A DNA stretch of 34,346 bases from Acidobacteriota bacterium (GTDB lineage: Bacteria > Acidobacteriota > UBA4820 > DSQY01), in the NCBI GenBank assembly GCA_049967655.1, contig JBMFSH010000030.1, forward strand, positions 1 to 34,346, in the 5' to 3' direction. The position numbers and the translations under genes are program-made. Of the stretch, positions 17,659 through 26,800 are shown one piece after another (positions within the stretch are counted from its first letter, which is position 1; the number at the start of each line of letters is the position of its first letter). The notes beneath the pieces are model-generated. The model searched no databases, had not been told where the DNA came from, and worked only from the letters and a program-made list of their open reading frames with translations.

Positions 17659-19140
17659 CTACTGGATGACGAACATTTCCGGGTGCCGCTGCCAGTAATC
17701 CCACGCGAAGCCGAGGTCGGCCTCGTGCTCAGCGTGGATGCGAAAGAGCGGCTCGCCCTCCCGCACCGCCTCCCCCGCCTTCCTCAAGAGGTCCAACCCC
17801 GCGCCCAGATCCACGGGCGCCCCCGCGAGCTTGGCGCACTTGGCCACCAGGTGGTTGGCGACAGAGGCCACGGTGCCCGCCCGCGACGCCAGCCCCTCCC
17901 GCACGAGCGGCCCGGGGCGCACCGGTTCCCTGGCCCCCTGGGCGGCGATGAGGCGGAGCATCTTGTCGCGGGCCCTCCCGCTCCTCAGGATCTCCTCCGC
18001 CGTAGCCCTTCCCCGCCCCCCACGCACGGAGGGGTCGAACTCGATGATACGCCCGGCCAGGTCCAGGCTCTTGTCGAGCAGGTCCTTCGGGGCATCGGGA
18101 TCACACCGCAGCACCTGCATCACGTCCCGGGCCTCCAGGGCGGGGCCCACCCCCCGGCCGATGGGCTGGGAACCGTCCGTGAGCAGGGCCTCGACGTGGA
18201 GACCCATCCTGTCTCCCACGTATTCGAAGAGCTTTCTGAGCTGCACGGCCTGGGTGAAGCTGGCCACCTTCGCCGTGGGCCCCACGGGGATGTCGATGAG
18301 CACGTGGGTCGAACCGGCGGCCTTCTTCTTGGAGAGGATGGAGGCGATCATCTGCCCCGGCGCGTCCATGTTCAGCGGACGTTCCACTCCGATGATGATG
18401 TCGTCGGCTGGGGAGAGGGCGAAGGAGCCACCCCACGCGAGGCAGCCGTTCTCCTTCTCCACGATGGCCTTCAGGCGCTGAAGGCTCAGGGAGACCCCCG
18501 CCAGGGCCTCCATGGTATCCGCCGTGCCGGAGGGGGAGGTGATGGCACGGGAGGAGGTTTTCGGAATCGTGAGCCCGTAGACGGCCACGATGGGCACCAC
18601 CACCATGGTGGTCCGGTTGCCCGGGACGCCGCCGATGCAGTGCTTGTCCACCACCATCTCGCGGCCCCACTCCAGGCGCTCTCCGGTGTCGGCCATGGCC
18701 TCGGCGAGGTAGACGATCTCGTCCCGCTCCATGGCCCCCTGGGCCGTGGAGACCACGAAGGCCGTCAGCTCAACCTTCGAGTAGCGGTTCGAGACGATGT
18801 CCTGAACGATGTACCGGTAGTCCTCCCGTCTGAGCACCTCCCCGCGGATCTTCTTGCGGATGAGCTCCACCGAGCGCACTGGGTCCGGGTGTCGCACGCT
18901 CACTTCCGTGCCTTCGGGAAGGCCGAGCTTCTGGTAGGCGTACTCGCACAGGCCGATCTGGTCCGAGTCCAGGAAAGGTTCGTCCACCACGTCCAGGACC
19001 CCCACGATGCCGCGTCCGTTCGCCATGACCTCCACCTTCGAGAGGGCGCCGAACCCTTGCGCGCGGCAGAGGTCGCTGTCCCTCCGCAGGTAGAGGATGT
19101 ATTCGCGGTAGGTGTCGATCTTCAGCCTCTTGATGCGCAT
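17659..19140 (-). CDS. AMP/nucleoside-monophosphate phosphorylase (thymidine phosphorylase family with N-terminal extension)
   Basis: About 493 aa from MRIKRL. An N-terminal extra domain precedes a DeoA-like core with DKHCIGGVPGNRTT, PKTSSRAITSPSGTADTME, LSPADD, ASILSKKKAAGSTH, IDIPVGPTAK and QPIGRGVGPALEARD. Confidence 0.9.
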   Translation of the reverse strand: MRIKRLKIDTYREYILYLRRDSDLCRAQGFGALSKVEVMANGRGIVGVLDVVDEPFLDSDQIGLCEYAYQKLGLPEGTEVSVRHPDPVRSVELIRKKIRGEVLRREDYRYIVQDIVSNRYSKVELTAFVVSTAQGAMERDEIVYLAEAMADTGERLEWGREMVVDKHCIGGVPGNRTTMVVVPIVAVYGLTIPKTSSRAITSPSGTADTMEALAGVSLSLQRLKAIVEKENGCLAWGGSFALSPADDIIIGVERPLNMDAPGQMIASILSKKKAAGSTHVLIDIPVGPTAKVASFTQAVQLRKLFEYVGDRMGLHVEALLTDGSQPIGRGVGPALEARDVMQVLRCDPDAPKDLLDKSLDLAGRIIEFDPSVRGGRGRATAEEILRSGRARDKMLRLIAAQGAREPVRPGPLVREGLASRAGTVASVANHLVAKCAKLAGAPVDLGAGLDLLRKAGEAVREGEPLFRIHAEHEADLGFAWDYWQRHPEMFVIQ

Positions 19141-19186
19141 CTTCCGTCCCCCCGGTCCCGGCGTGTCTTCAACAGAACGCCTTTCA

Positions 19187-19192
19187 ATTATA
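19187..19192 (-). promoter_or_regulatory. -10 box candidate for the phosphorylase-isomerase-RuBisCO operon
   Basis: Perfect TATAAT on the - strand about 47 bp upstream of the ATG at 19140; no recognisable -35. Confidence 0.45.
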
Positions 19193-19278
19193 CACAAGCC
19201 GCCCGCCACGGCGCCCGGCTCCGGTCGGGAATCGTAAGGCACGAGACAATCACCCCCCCGCCCTATGGTTCCCTCCCC

Positions 19279-19334
19279 AATCGCTTAATCGCCTAATAGG
19301 TTAATCGCTTAATAGCCTAATAGCCTAATCACCC
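19279..19334. repeat. 8-bp tandem repeat, 7 units (AATMGSYT)
   Basis: AATCGCTT AATCGCCT AATAGGTT AATCGCTT AATAGCCT AATAGCCT AATCACCC read directly. Confidence 0.88.
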
Positions 19335-19348
19335 AGCCACCCCCCGCC

Positions 19349-21481
19349 TCACCGCCTGCCCCCCGCTTTCGTCTTCCTCCGGCCTCCTCCTTCCGCCGGC
19401 CATCCCTCCAGCAGGAAATGGGCCTCGCCCATGAGCCTGTCCACTCGCATGAGCCGCACGCAAACCTCGTCGCCCACCGTCAGAACCGCCCCGGAGTACC
19501 GCCCCCTCGCCGAGAGGCCGTCCCTGTCCACGGTGATGAAGTCTCCCTCCACCGCGTTGAAGGGACAGATGCCTTCGATCAGGTGCTCCACCAGCTCCAC
19601 CCGTGCGCCGAAGCGCGTGAACCCCAGCACCACCGCATCGAAGGTCTCCCCCAAGCGGTCCGCCAGGAAGGCCATCTGGAACCAGGCCACCACCTCCCGC
19701 TCGGCCTGGTCCGATGCCCGTTCCGTGGCGGAGCAGTGGACCGCGAGGGCCTCCAGGTCCGCCCCCGGCGCCGGAGAGCCCCAGAGCGCCCCGGCCAGGT
19801 TCCGGTGCACCAGCAGGTCCGGGTATCGGCGGATAGGGGAGGTGAAGTGGCAGTAGTGGGCAAAGCCCAGGCCGAAGTGGGGCAGCACCGCCGCGTGATA
19901 GCGCGCCTGGGCCATGGCCCGCAGGATCAGGTAGGCCACCAGCTTGGCCGCCCTGTGGCCCTCGGACTTGGCGAGCACGCGCTGGAGGGTGAAGGGGTCG
20001 GAGAGGTCACCCCGGCTCGCCTCACCCAGCCCGAGCGTGTTCAGGAGGGGCCGGAGGGCCTCCAGCTTCTCCGCGTTGGGCTCGTCGTGGACCCTGAAGA
20101 GGATGGCGATCTTCTGGCGCAGGCACTCGGCTGCGACGGCGCGGTTGCAGGCGAGCATGGCCTCCTCCACGATGCGGTGGGAGGCGAGCCGCACCGACGG
20201 GAGCACCTCCTCGACGCGCCCGGAGAGGCCGAATCGAAGCCCCGCCTCCGGCAGGTCCAGGTCCAGGGTGCCCGAGGCCAGGCGCCGCTGGAAGAGCCCG
20301 CGGGATATCTCCAGCGCCGCCCCCAACAGGCCCGCCACCTCGGGCGCGGCGCTCTCCCTTCCCTCCAGGACGGCCTGGGCCTGTTCGTAGGAGAGCCTCG
20401 CCGAGGAGCGGATGACCCCCCGGTGGAACCGCGCCAGACGCACGCGGCACTCCTCGTCCAGCTCCAGCTCCGCCGTGAGGGTCAGGCGATCTCGCTGCGG
20501 CTTCAGGGAGCACAGTCCGCTCGAGAGGGCGTGGGGCAGCATGGGATAGACGGTTCCGGGCAGGTAGGTGCTGTTCCCCCGGCGGCGGGCCTCGGTGTCG
20601 AGGGCGGAATCCGGCTTGACGTAGTGGGCCACGTCGGCGATGTGAACCCACAGCCTCCAGCCGTTGCCTGCCCGCTGCACGGAGAGGGCGTCGTCGAAAT
20701 CCTTCGCATCCTCGGGATCGATGGTGACCGTGGGAAGGGAGCGGAAGTCCTTCCGTTCCTGAAAATCCGACGGACGGGGGTCCTCCGGCAGGGTCGCGGC
20801 CTCCCGCTCGGCCGCCTCGGGGAAGTTCTGGGCAAGGCCGTACCGCGTCTCCGCCGCCAGAATGGGCGTGCGGGGATCGTCCAGAGGCCCCAGGACGCGG
20901 AGACCCGTGGAGAGGGCCGCTCCTCCATCGGACTCCAGCTCCACGCTCGCCACCATGCCTTCTGCGCCCGTGCCGCGGGGAAGCGCGATGGGTGCCCGCG
21001 AGCTGCCCATGGGCAGGAGAAGGCCGCCCTGGACGATGCCGACGACGGGCCGAACGTTTCTCTCCACGATCTCCAGGACCCTGGCCTCGGGCCTGCCGCC
21101 GGCCTCCCGGCCACGGGCACCGCGCCCGCCTCTGGGCCGCCCCGGAACTTCCTGGGCCAGCACACGGTCCCCCTCCAGGGCACCGCCCGTTTCCCTGGCC
21201 GGCACGAAGAGGTCGCCCTCGGCCCCGGATCGGTCGGGGGTGATGAAGCCGAAGCCTCCTCTGGCGGCGTGGAAGAGGCCCGTGAAGGTGCCGCCAGTTC
21301 TCGCCAGACGGTACCTCCGGTGCACCAGGGCCACCACGCTTTCCCGCAGGAGGGACTCCAGCACACCCGGGAGGGCCTTCCGCTCCCGCGGCGACAGGCC
21401 CAAGCCAGCCGCCACCTGGCTCCTGGTGCAGGGCTGGGAAGCCTCCGCGAGGAAATCGCGCACCCTCTCGCGCAGGGTCAT
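19349..21481 (-). CDS. rnr: Ribonuclease R
   Basis: N-terminal HTH, cold-shock domain GFGFI, RNB motifs TIDPEDAKDFDDAL, VHIADV, YPMLP..LS..LCSL, HFGLG and HFTSPIRRYPDL, S1 domain, basic tail. Start ATG 21481 (or GTG 21484). Confidence 0.94.
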   Translation of the reverse strand: MTLRERVRDFLAEASQPCTRSQVAAGLGLSPRERKALPGVLESLLRESVVALVHRRYRLARTGGTFTGLFHAARGGFGFITPDRSGAEGDLFVPARETGGALEGDRVLAQEVPGRPRGGRGARGREAGGRPEARVLEIVERNVRPVVGIVQGGLLLPMGSSRAPIALPRGTGAEGMVASVELESDGGAALSTGLRVLGPLDDPRTPILAAETRYGLAQNFPEAAEREAATLPEDPRPSDFQERKDFRSLPTVTIDPEDAKDFDDALSVQRAGNGWRLWVHIADVAHYVKPDSALDTEARRRGNSTYLPGTVYPMLPHALSSGLCSLKPQRDRLTLTAELELDEECRVRLARFHRGVIRSSARLSYEQAQAVLEGRESAAPEVAGLLGAALEISRGLFQRRLASGTLDLDLPEAGLRFGLSGRVEEVLPSVRLASHRIVEEAMLACNRAVAAECLRQKIAILFRVHDEPNAEKLEALRPLLNTLGLGEASRGDLSDPFTLQRVLAKSEGHRAAKLVAYLILRAMAQARYHAAVLPHFGLGFAHYCHFTSPIRRYPDLLVHRNLAGALWGSPAPGADLEALAVHCSATERASDQAEREVVAWFQMAFLADRLGETFDAVVLGFTRFGARVELVEHLIEGICPFNAVEGDFITVDRDGLSARGRYSGAVLTVGDEVCVRLMRVDRLMGEAHFLLEGWPAEGGGRRKTKAGGRR

Positions 21482-22236
21482 CACCGCCTCCTTCCCTTGG
21501 TCCGGAGCCCTGCCACCGCCAGGAGGGGCTCCCCTGCAAGGACTCGCCTGGGGTTCTCGATGCAGAGGCGGCGGGCCGACTCGATGCCATAGCGGCGCGC
21601 CACGCTGCGGACGGCCTCCCGAAAGAGGGGCGCCCGTCCGCTGGCCGAGTGCGCATCGGAGGCCAGAAGGTGCACCCACCCCCTGTCCAGGAGCGCCCAC
21701 GCCGCGCGGCGTATGGCCTGACCGAAATAGCCCACCAGGCTGTGGGTGGTGAGCTGGAAGGGGATTTGGGCCGCCGCCAGGAATGCCAGGCTGCCGGGGT
21801 CCCGGGTCACGTAGGCATACCGCTCCGGGTGGGCCAGGATGGGTTCCACACCTGCCATGCGCAGGTCGAAGAAGACCTCCTCCACCCCGGGAGGGCGCAA
21901 AAGGAGCGGGAGCTCCACCAGGAGGTAGCGGCCCGCCTCGCCCATGGGAATCAGCTTCCCGGCCCGGTAGGCGGAGACCAAGCGGGGACCGAAGGAGATT
22001 TCGCTCCCCAGGTGCACCGTGAAACCCAGGGATTCCGCCGGTTCTCTCCAGGCCTCGAAGGCCTCTCTGAGCAGGGTCGGCGTATTGGGGAACCGAGGCG
22101 GCGCGATGTGGGGAGTGACGCAGAGAGCGGAGATCTTCTCGCGGCGGGCCGCCTCCAGACATAGGGCCGACTCCTCCCAGTCGCCCACCCCGTCATCCAC
22201 TCCGGGAAGTAGGTGGCAGTGCAGGTCCACGTACAT
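21481..22236 (-). CDS. PHP-family metal-dependent protein-tyrosine phosphatase (CpsB/CapC/YwqE-like)
   Basis: DLHCHLLPGVDDG, TPH, GSE, LLVELP, LAHPERY and LASDAH motifs. Start at MYVD after a GAGGAG RBS; stop overlaps the rnr start. Confidence 0.88.
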   Translation of the reverse strand: MYVDLHCHLLPGVDDGVGDWEESALCLEAARREKISALCVTPHIAPPRFPNTPTLLREAFEAWREPAESLGFTVHLGSEISFGPRLVSAYRAGKLIPMGEAGRYLLVELPLLLRPPGVEEVFFDLRMAGVEPILAHPERYAYVTRDPGSLAFLAAAQIPFQLTTHSLVGYFGQAIRRAAWALLDRGWVHLLASDAHSASGRAPLFREAVRSVARRYGIESARRLCIENPRRVLAGEPLLAVAGLRTKGRRR

Positions 22237-22437
22237 GCCTTCTCCTCTCGGCTCGGCCTTATCCGGGTCGTTCATGGTAGCATGAACGCTCGGGATACTA
22301 GGGAGTTCCCACCGGAAGAGTCCGGGGGGAGAAGTTGAGGATGGACGGAAGGCACGAGAAGCGCACGATGCCTATTCACCACCGGCCCGCCGCAAGCCCT
22401 CCCCTTCCTCCACCCTCCACCAACCAAGGGAGGTTCC

Positions 22438-22863
22438 ATGCGCAAGTCCTGGGACGCCTACTTCATGGACATCGCGAGGGAGGTGGCGAGCCGGGCCACC
22501 TGCGACCGGAAGCACGTGGGCTGCGTGCTGGTCAAAGACAAGTACATCATCGCCACGGGCTACAACGGCTCCGTGGCTGGTCTCGCCCATTGCGACGAGG
22601 CGGGGCACATGATGGTCAACGGCCACTGCGAGCGCACCAGCCACGCCGAGGCCAACGCCATCGTGCAGGCCGCCAAGCACGGCGTCTCCACGGACGGCTG
22701 CACGGCCTACATCACCGCCTCCCCCTGTTGGGCCTGCTTCAAGCTCCTGGCCTCGGCGGGCATACGCCGGATTGTCTTCGGTGAATTCTATCGCGACGAG
22801 CGGATCTTCGAGGCCGCCGAGGTGCTGCATATCGAGCTGGCGGACGCCTCCAAGGGGAGCTGA
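22438..22863 (+). CDS. dCMP deaminase / ComEB-family cytidine deaminase
   Basis: WDAYFM, RATC, VGCVLV, TGYNG, HAEANAI and SPCWAC zinc-binding motifs. Confidence 0.92.
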   Translation: MRKSWDAYFMDIAREVASRATCDRKHVGCVLVKDKYIIATGYNGSVAGLAHCDEAGHMMVNGHCERTSHAEANAIVQAAKHGVSTDGCTAYITASPCWACFKLLASAGIRRIVFGEFYRDERIFEAAEVLHIELADASKGS

Positions 22864-22965
22864 TCTGGCGGCGCGTGGAGTCCGCCCCGGGCCTGCCTTT
22901 CCGCACTTGGCCCGCTCAGGAGCCGGTCTCCAGGTGCTCTCCATCACCGAGGGAGGGACCGCATC

Positions 22966-23835
22966 GTGACCACGGGGGAGTGGCTCCAGCGCGCGGCGGC
23001 ATCCCTTCGAGCGGCCGGCGTTCCCGACCCGGCCAGGGACGCCCTGCTCCTTCTCTCCGACGCCCTGGGACGGGACAAGGCACACCTCCTGGCACACCCC
23101 GAGCGCCCACTGGCGGAGGCTGAAGCGGTCGGGCTCCGAATGCTCCTGGAACGCCGGAGGCACCGGGAGCCGCTCCAGTACATCCGCGGATTTCAAGAAT
23201 TCTGGGGCCGAAGGGTGAAGGTGGGGCCCGGCTGTCTGATTCCCCGTCCCGAGACCGAACACCTTGTGGAGGAGGCCCTCCGGCTCGTGGCATCCCTGGC
23301 GAGCCCGCGCTTGGCGGAGCTCGGAACGGGCTCGGGGTGCATTCTCCTTGCCCTGGCTTCGGAGCGCCCGGAGGCCAGACTCTACGGGCTTGAGAGGGAC
23401 CCGCGCGCGCTGGCCTGGAGCCGGCTCAATCTGGCGGACGCGCCGGGCGTGAGCCTGATTCCCGGAGACATGGCCCAGGAGCCGCCCCTCGAAGGCCTGG
23501 ACGCCGTTCTCTGCAACCCCCCCTACATCACCGACGAGGAGTGGAGCGGGCTGCTCCCGGAGGTCCGCTGCTTCGAACCGGAGGGGGCCCTGCGGTGTGG
23601 CGCGGAGCCGCTCCGGCCCTACCGGGAGGCCGGGCTGTGGGCGGCCAAAGCCCTGCGCCCGGGAGGATTCCTCTTGTGCGAACTGGGGGTGGCCCAGGCC
23701 AGGCGGGCGGCGGCCCTCAGGCGCCTCCGTCCGGAGCTGCGGTGGGTCCGAGGTGTGCGAGACCTGGCGGGGCGCCTGCGGGTGGCGATCTGGAGGCTGG
23801 AGCCGCTCAGGGAATCGGCTTCACCCGGTCCTTGA
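22966..23835 (+). CDS. prmC: Release factor glutamine methyltransferase
   Basis: EPLQYI, LIPRPETE, ELGTGSGCI, CNPPYI and RDLAG motifs. Confidence 0.92.
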   Translation: MTTGEWLQRAAASLRAAGVPDPARDALLLLSDALGRDKAHLLAHPERPLAEAEAVGLRMLLERRRHREPLQYIRGFQEFWGRRVKVGPGCLIPRPETEHLVEEALRLVASLASPRLAELGTGSGCILLALASERPEARLYGLERDPRALAWSRLNLADAPGVSLIPGDMAQEPPLEGLDAVLCNPPYITDEEWSGLLPEVRCFEPEGALRCGAEPLRPYREAGLWAAKALRPGGFLLCELGVAQARRAAALRRLRPELRWVRGVRDLAGRLRVAIWRLEPLRESASPGP

Positions 23836-26800
23836 TGTCCCTGTAGTTGGCGTTGACCGCGTAGACCTCGCGGAAGAGCTCCTGCGCCTCGGGGAGCCTG
23901 CCCTGCTCCTGAAGGGTCTCAGCCAGGTCGTACTTGAGACCGATGTAGGCCTGGTCGGAGAAGCCCGGCGCCTCGATCCCCTTGCGGTACCACTTCTCGG
24001 CGAGGTCCACCATGCCCTTCTGCCGGAAGCAGATGCCGAGCATGGAGCAGCACTCCACGAAGTACTGCGGCGAGCGCGCCGCGATCTGGAATTCCCCGAT
24101 GGCCTCGTCGAGGAGCTCCATCTCCTTGTAGGCGATACCCAGGTTGTAGTGGGTGGCGGAGTCCTCCTCGCTGACCTTTCGCTCCACCCCCTTCTTGAAC
24201 TCCTCGAAGACCTCCTCGAAGGACATCTCCTCGGGAGACTTGGACGATTCGTCGAAGAGGGACTCCTCCTCGGCTTCGAGCCCTTCCAGCGCTTCGCTGA
24301 GTTCGGAGGCGAGGTCGTAGTACTCGTCCTTCTTGGGGCCATCGGCGGCGAAGCTCTCCTTCTCCTGCGCGATGACCTCTTCGGGAAGGAGCTCCTGAAG
24401 GGAAACCTTCAGCTTGGTCCGTCCCCTCCCTCCCGCGCTCGGTTCCTGGGCCGGGTGCAATCGTCCCTCCTCCTCGGCGGCTCCGACGGTGCTCAAGATC
24501 TTCGACATCTCGGAGGAGAGCGACGCTTCTTCGGCCGCGAGGCTGGCCATCGGCTCCTCGGCTTTGGGCTCTGGAGAGACCTCGGGTTCCGCGGTGTCTT
24601 CAGGGGCTGCCGGTTCCGCCTCTAGCTCCAGCTCCTCCAGTCCACCCGCCTCGATGGAGAGAACCCCTTCCGAGGGAAGGCCTTCCGGCGCCCCTTCGGA
24701 TTCCGCCGGTTCGGCGGGTGCGGAGACGCCCAGGCGGTCGGCCAGGGAAAGCACCCGCGGATCATGCGGCCACCTCGCCCGCAGTCCCTCCAGCGCCCGC
24801 TGGGCCTCTCCGAAGAGCTCCTGGCTGTAGTAGAACTCGGCCTCCTCCAGCAGCTCCGCCAGGTCGGACCGGTCCTGGAGCTCCTCGGCGGAGATCTGAA
24901 CGGCCATGGATTCCACGGCGGGCGCCGGCGTCTCCTCCTGCAGGAACGCCCCGGTGGGCTCCTCCTCCAAAGGTTCCTGCGCCGGCTCGCCTGGGATCGC
25001 CTCTTCCAGGACCGGCTGGTCCTTCCCATCGAGGACCGGCTCTTCCGCCTCGGTGGCACCCGCGAAAGGCCCTTCGGTTTCCACCGGGGAAGACTCTTCC
25101 AGCTCGGCCTCCAGGATGATCTCCGGCGCCCCCTGGCCGGCTGGCGGCGCTGGCTGGTCCAGGGAGATGACCACCTCGGCCTGCTCGCGGGAGGGCTCCT
25201 CCACGGTCCCGAGAAGCTCCAGGTCGAGTTCCGGGAAGGAGGCGGGCACCGCCTTCGCCTTGGCGGCCTTCGGCCGGGCGGCTTCCTCGATCGGACCGGT
25301 CAGGGCGCCCGCGCCGGCAACCTCGGCGGGAGGAGCAGGGACGCCTTCGAGGAATCGCTGGATCTCCTCGCTGTTGGGATCCAGAGCGCGCGCCTCCTCC
25401 ACCAGGTTCTCGTACGTCTCCCCGTCCCCCTGGCCCTGAAATACCTGGGCGAGTTTGAGGATCTGCCGGACCGCCTTGGCGGTGTGTTTTTTGCTCTTGT
25501 AAATGGCGATGAGCTTCTGATGCGCGTGGATGTGGTCCGGAAGCTTCTTCAGGACGGACTGGAGTTCGGCGATGGCCTTCTCCGTCAGCCCATACTTCAG
25601 GAAGACCTCCGCCTCCGTGAGCTGTTCCCGGATGATTTCGGCCTCCCGGGCATCCAGGGCCGGCTTGGGGGAGACCTTCTCGACGCGGGCAGGCTCCTCG
25701 ACTTCCAGTTCGATCGGTTCCCCTTCGGCGGGAGGGCTCGGCGCCGGCGCCTCGGGCAGGTCCGCCGGGCGGGCAAAGGAGGCGGTCACCTCCGCCTTGG
25801 GGATCTGGAGATCCTCCATGTCAATCTCGATCTCCAGCTCTCCCGTCTCCTCGGGGGCGGGCGCAACCTCCTCTGGCTCCGGCTGTTTGGGCGGAGCCGC
25901 GTTCATCGCCCGTGCGTTCGCCTCGGCCTCCGGTGGCCCCTGCACTGGAGCGGGCGCCTGGAGCGGGCGCGCTTCCCCGGGGGTCGGGGCGTGCCTTCCG
26001 AGCTTGGTCTCCACGATCTTGAGGCGCTCCCGGTGGACCGGCGAATCCGGCTCGAGCCGCACGAGCTCCAGGAGGGCCTCTCTCGCCGAACCCAGCTCCC
26101 CCGCCTGGTGCGCCGCCTGGACGTAAGAATCGAGCGCCCGCAAGAGCCTCGGCTGGTTGCCGCTGCGCCTCAGCAGGTCGCAGAAACCCATCATGGTGGG
26201 CAGGTGGCCGGGCAGGTACCTGAGTAGCTCCTCGTAGAGGGCCTCCACGTCGGGGAGCCGCTCGGGCTCGCAGGTGCGTCCCCATTCGGACAGCAGGTCC
26301 GAGGCGGCGTCCGGCCGCTTCTGGAGGCCGTACAGCCTCACCAGGCGCCCGCGGGCGGCGACGCTGCCGGGGTGGTTCCTCAGGATGGCGTCGCAGACGG
26401 CCTCGGCCGCCGGATAATCCTGCCTCTCCGTGAGCACCTCCGCCTTCAGGAGCAGGAAACCCTCGGAGGTCGGGTGGCGCTCCAGCAGCTGTTCCAGGAT
26501 CTGGAGGGCCTGGTCCCCCTGCTGCCGGGCCAGGAGGTTTTTGACAAAACTCTCCAGCAGGCGGATGTTGTCAGGGTTGATCTGGAGAGCCCGCTCATAC
26601 AGCCTCGCCGCCTCCTTGGCGAGGCCCTGGGCGAGGAAGAGGTTGGCCGCCTTGAGGTATTCCTTGACCGCCTCCTCCGTGCGATCGAGCTTGAGCAGGT
26701 TATCGCCCACCTGAATCCGGACCTTCAGGTTCTCGGGCTCGATCTCCAGGATCTTCTTCTGGACGCGGACCGTGGCCTCCGCGTTTCCGCTCTGGGCCAC

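Noticed and set aside
19279..19334. CRISPR array
   Set aside because: The units are contiguous 8-mers without unique spacers, and no cas genes are present.
19349..22162. 937-aa RNase R with a long N-terminal extension
   Set aside because: The extension overlaps the PHP phosphatase in another frame; an RBS and ATG are present at 21481.
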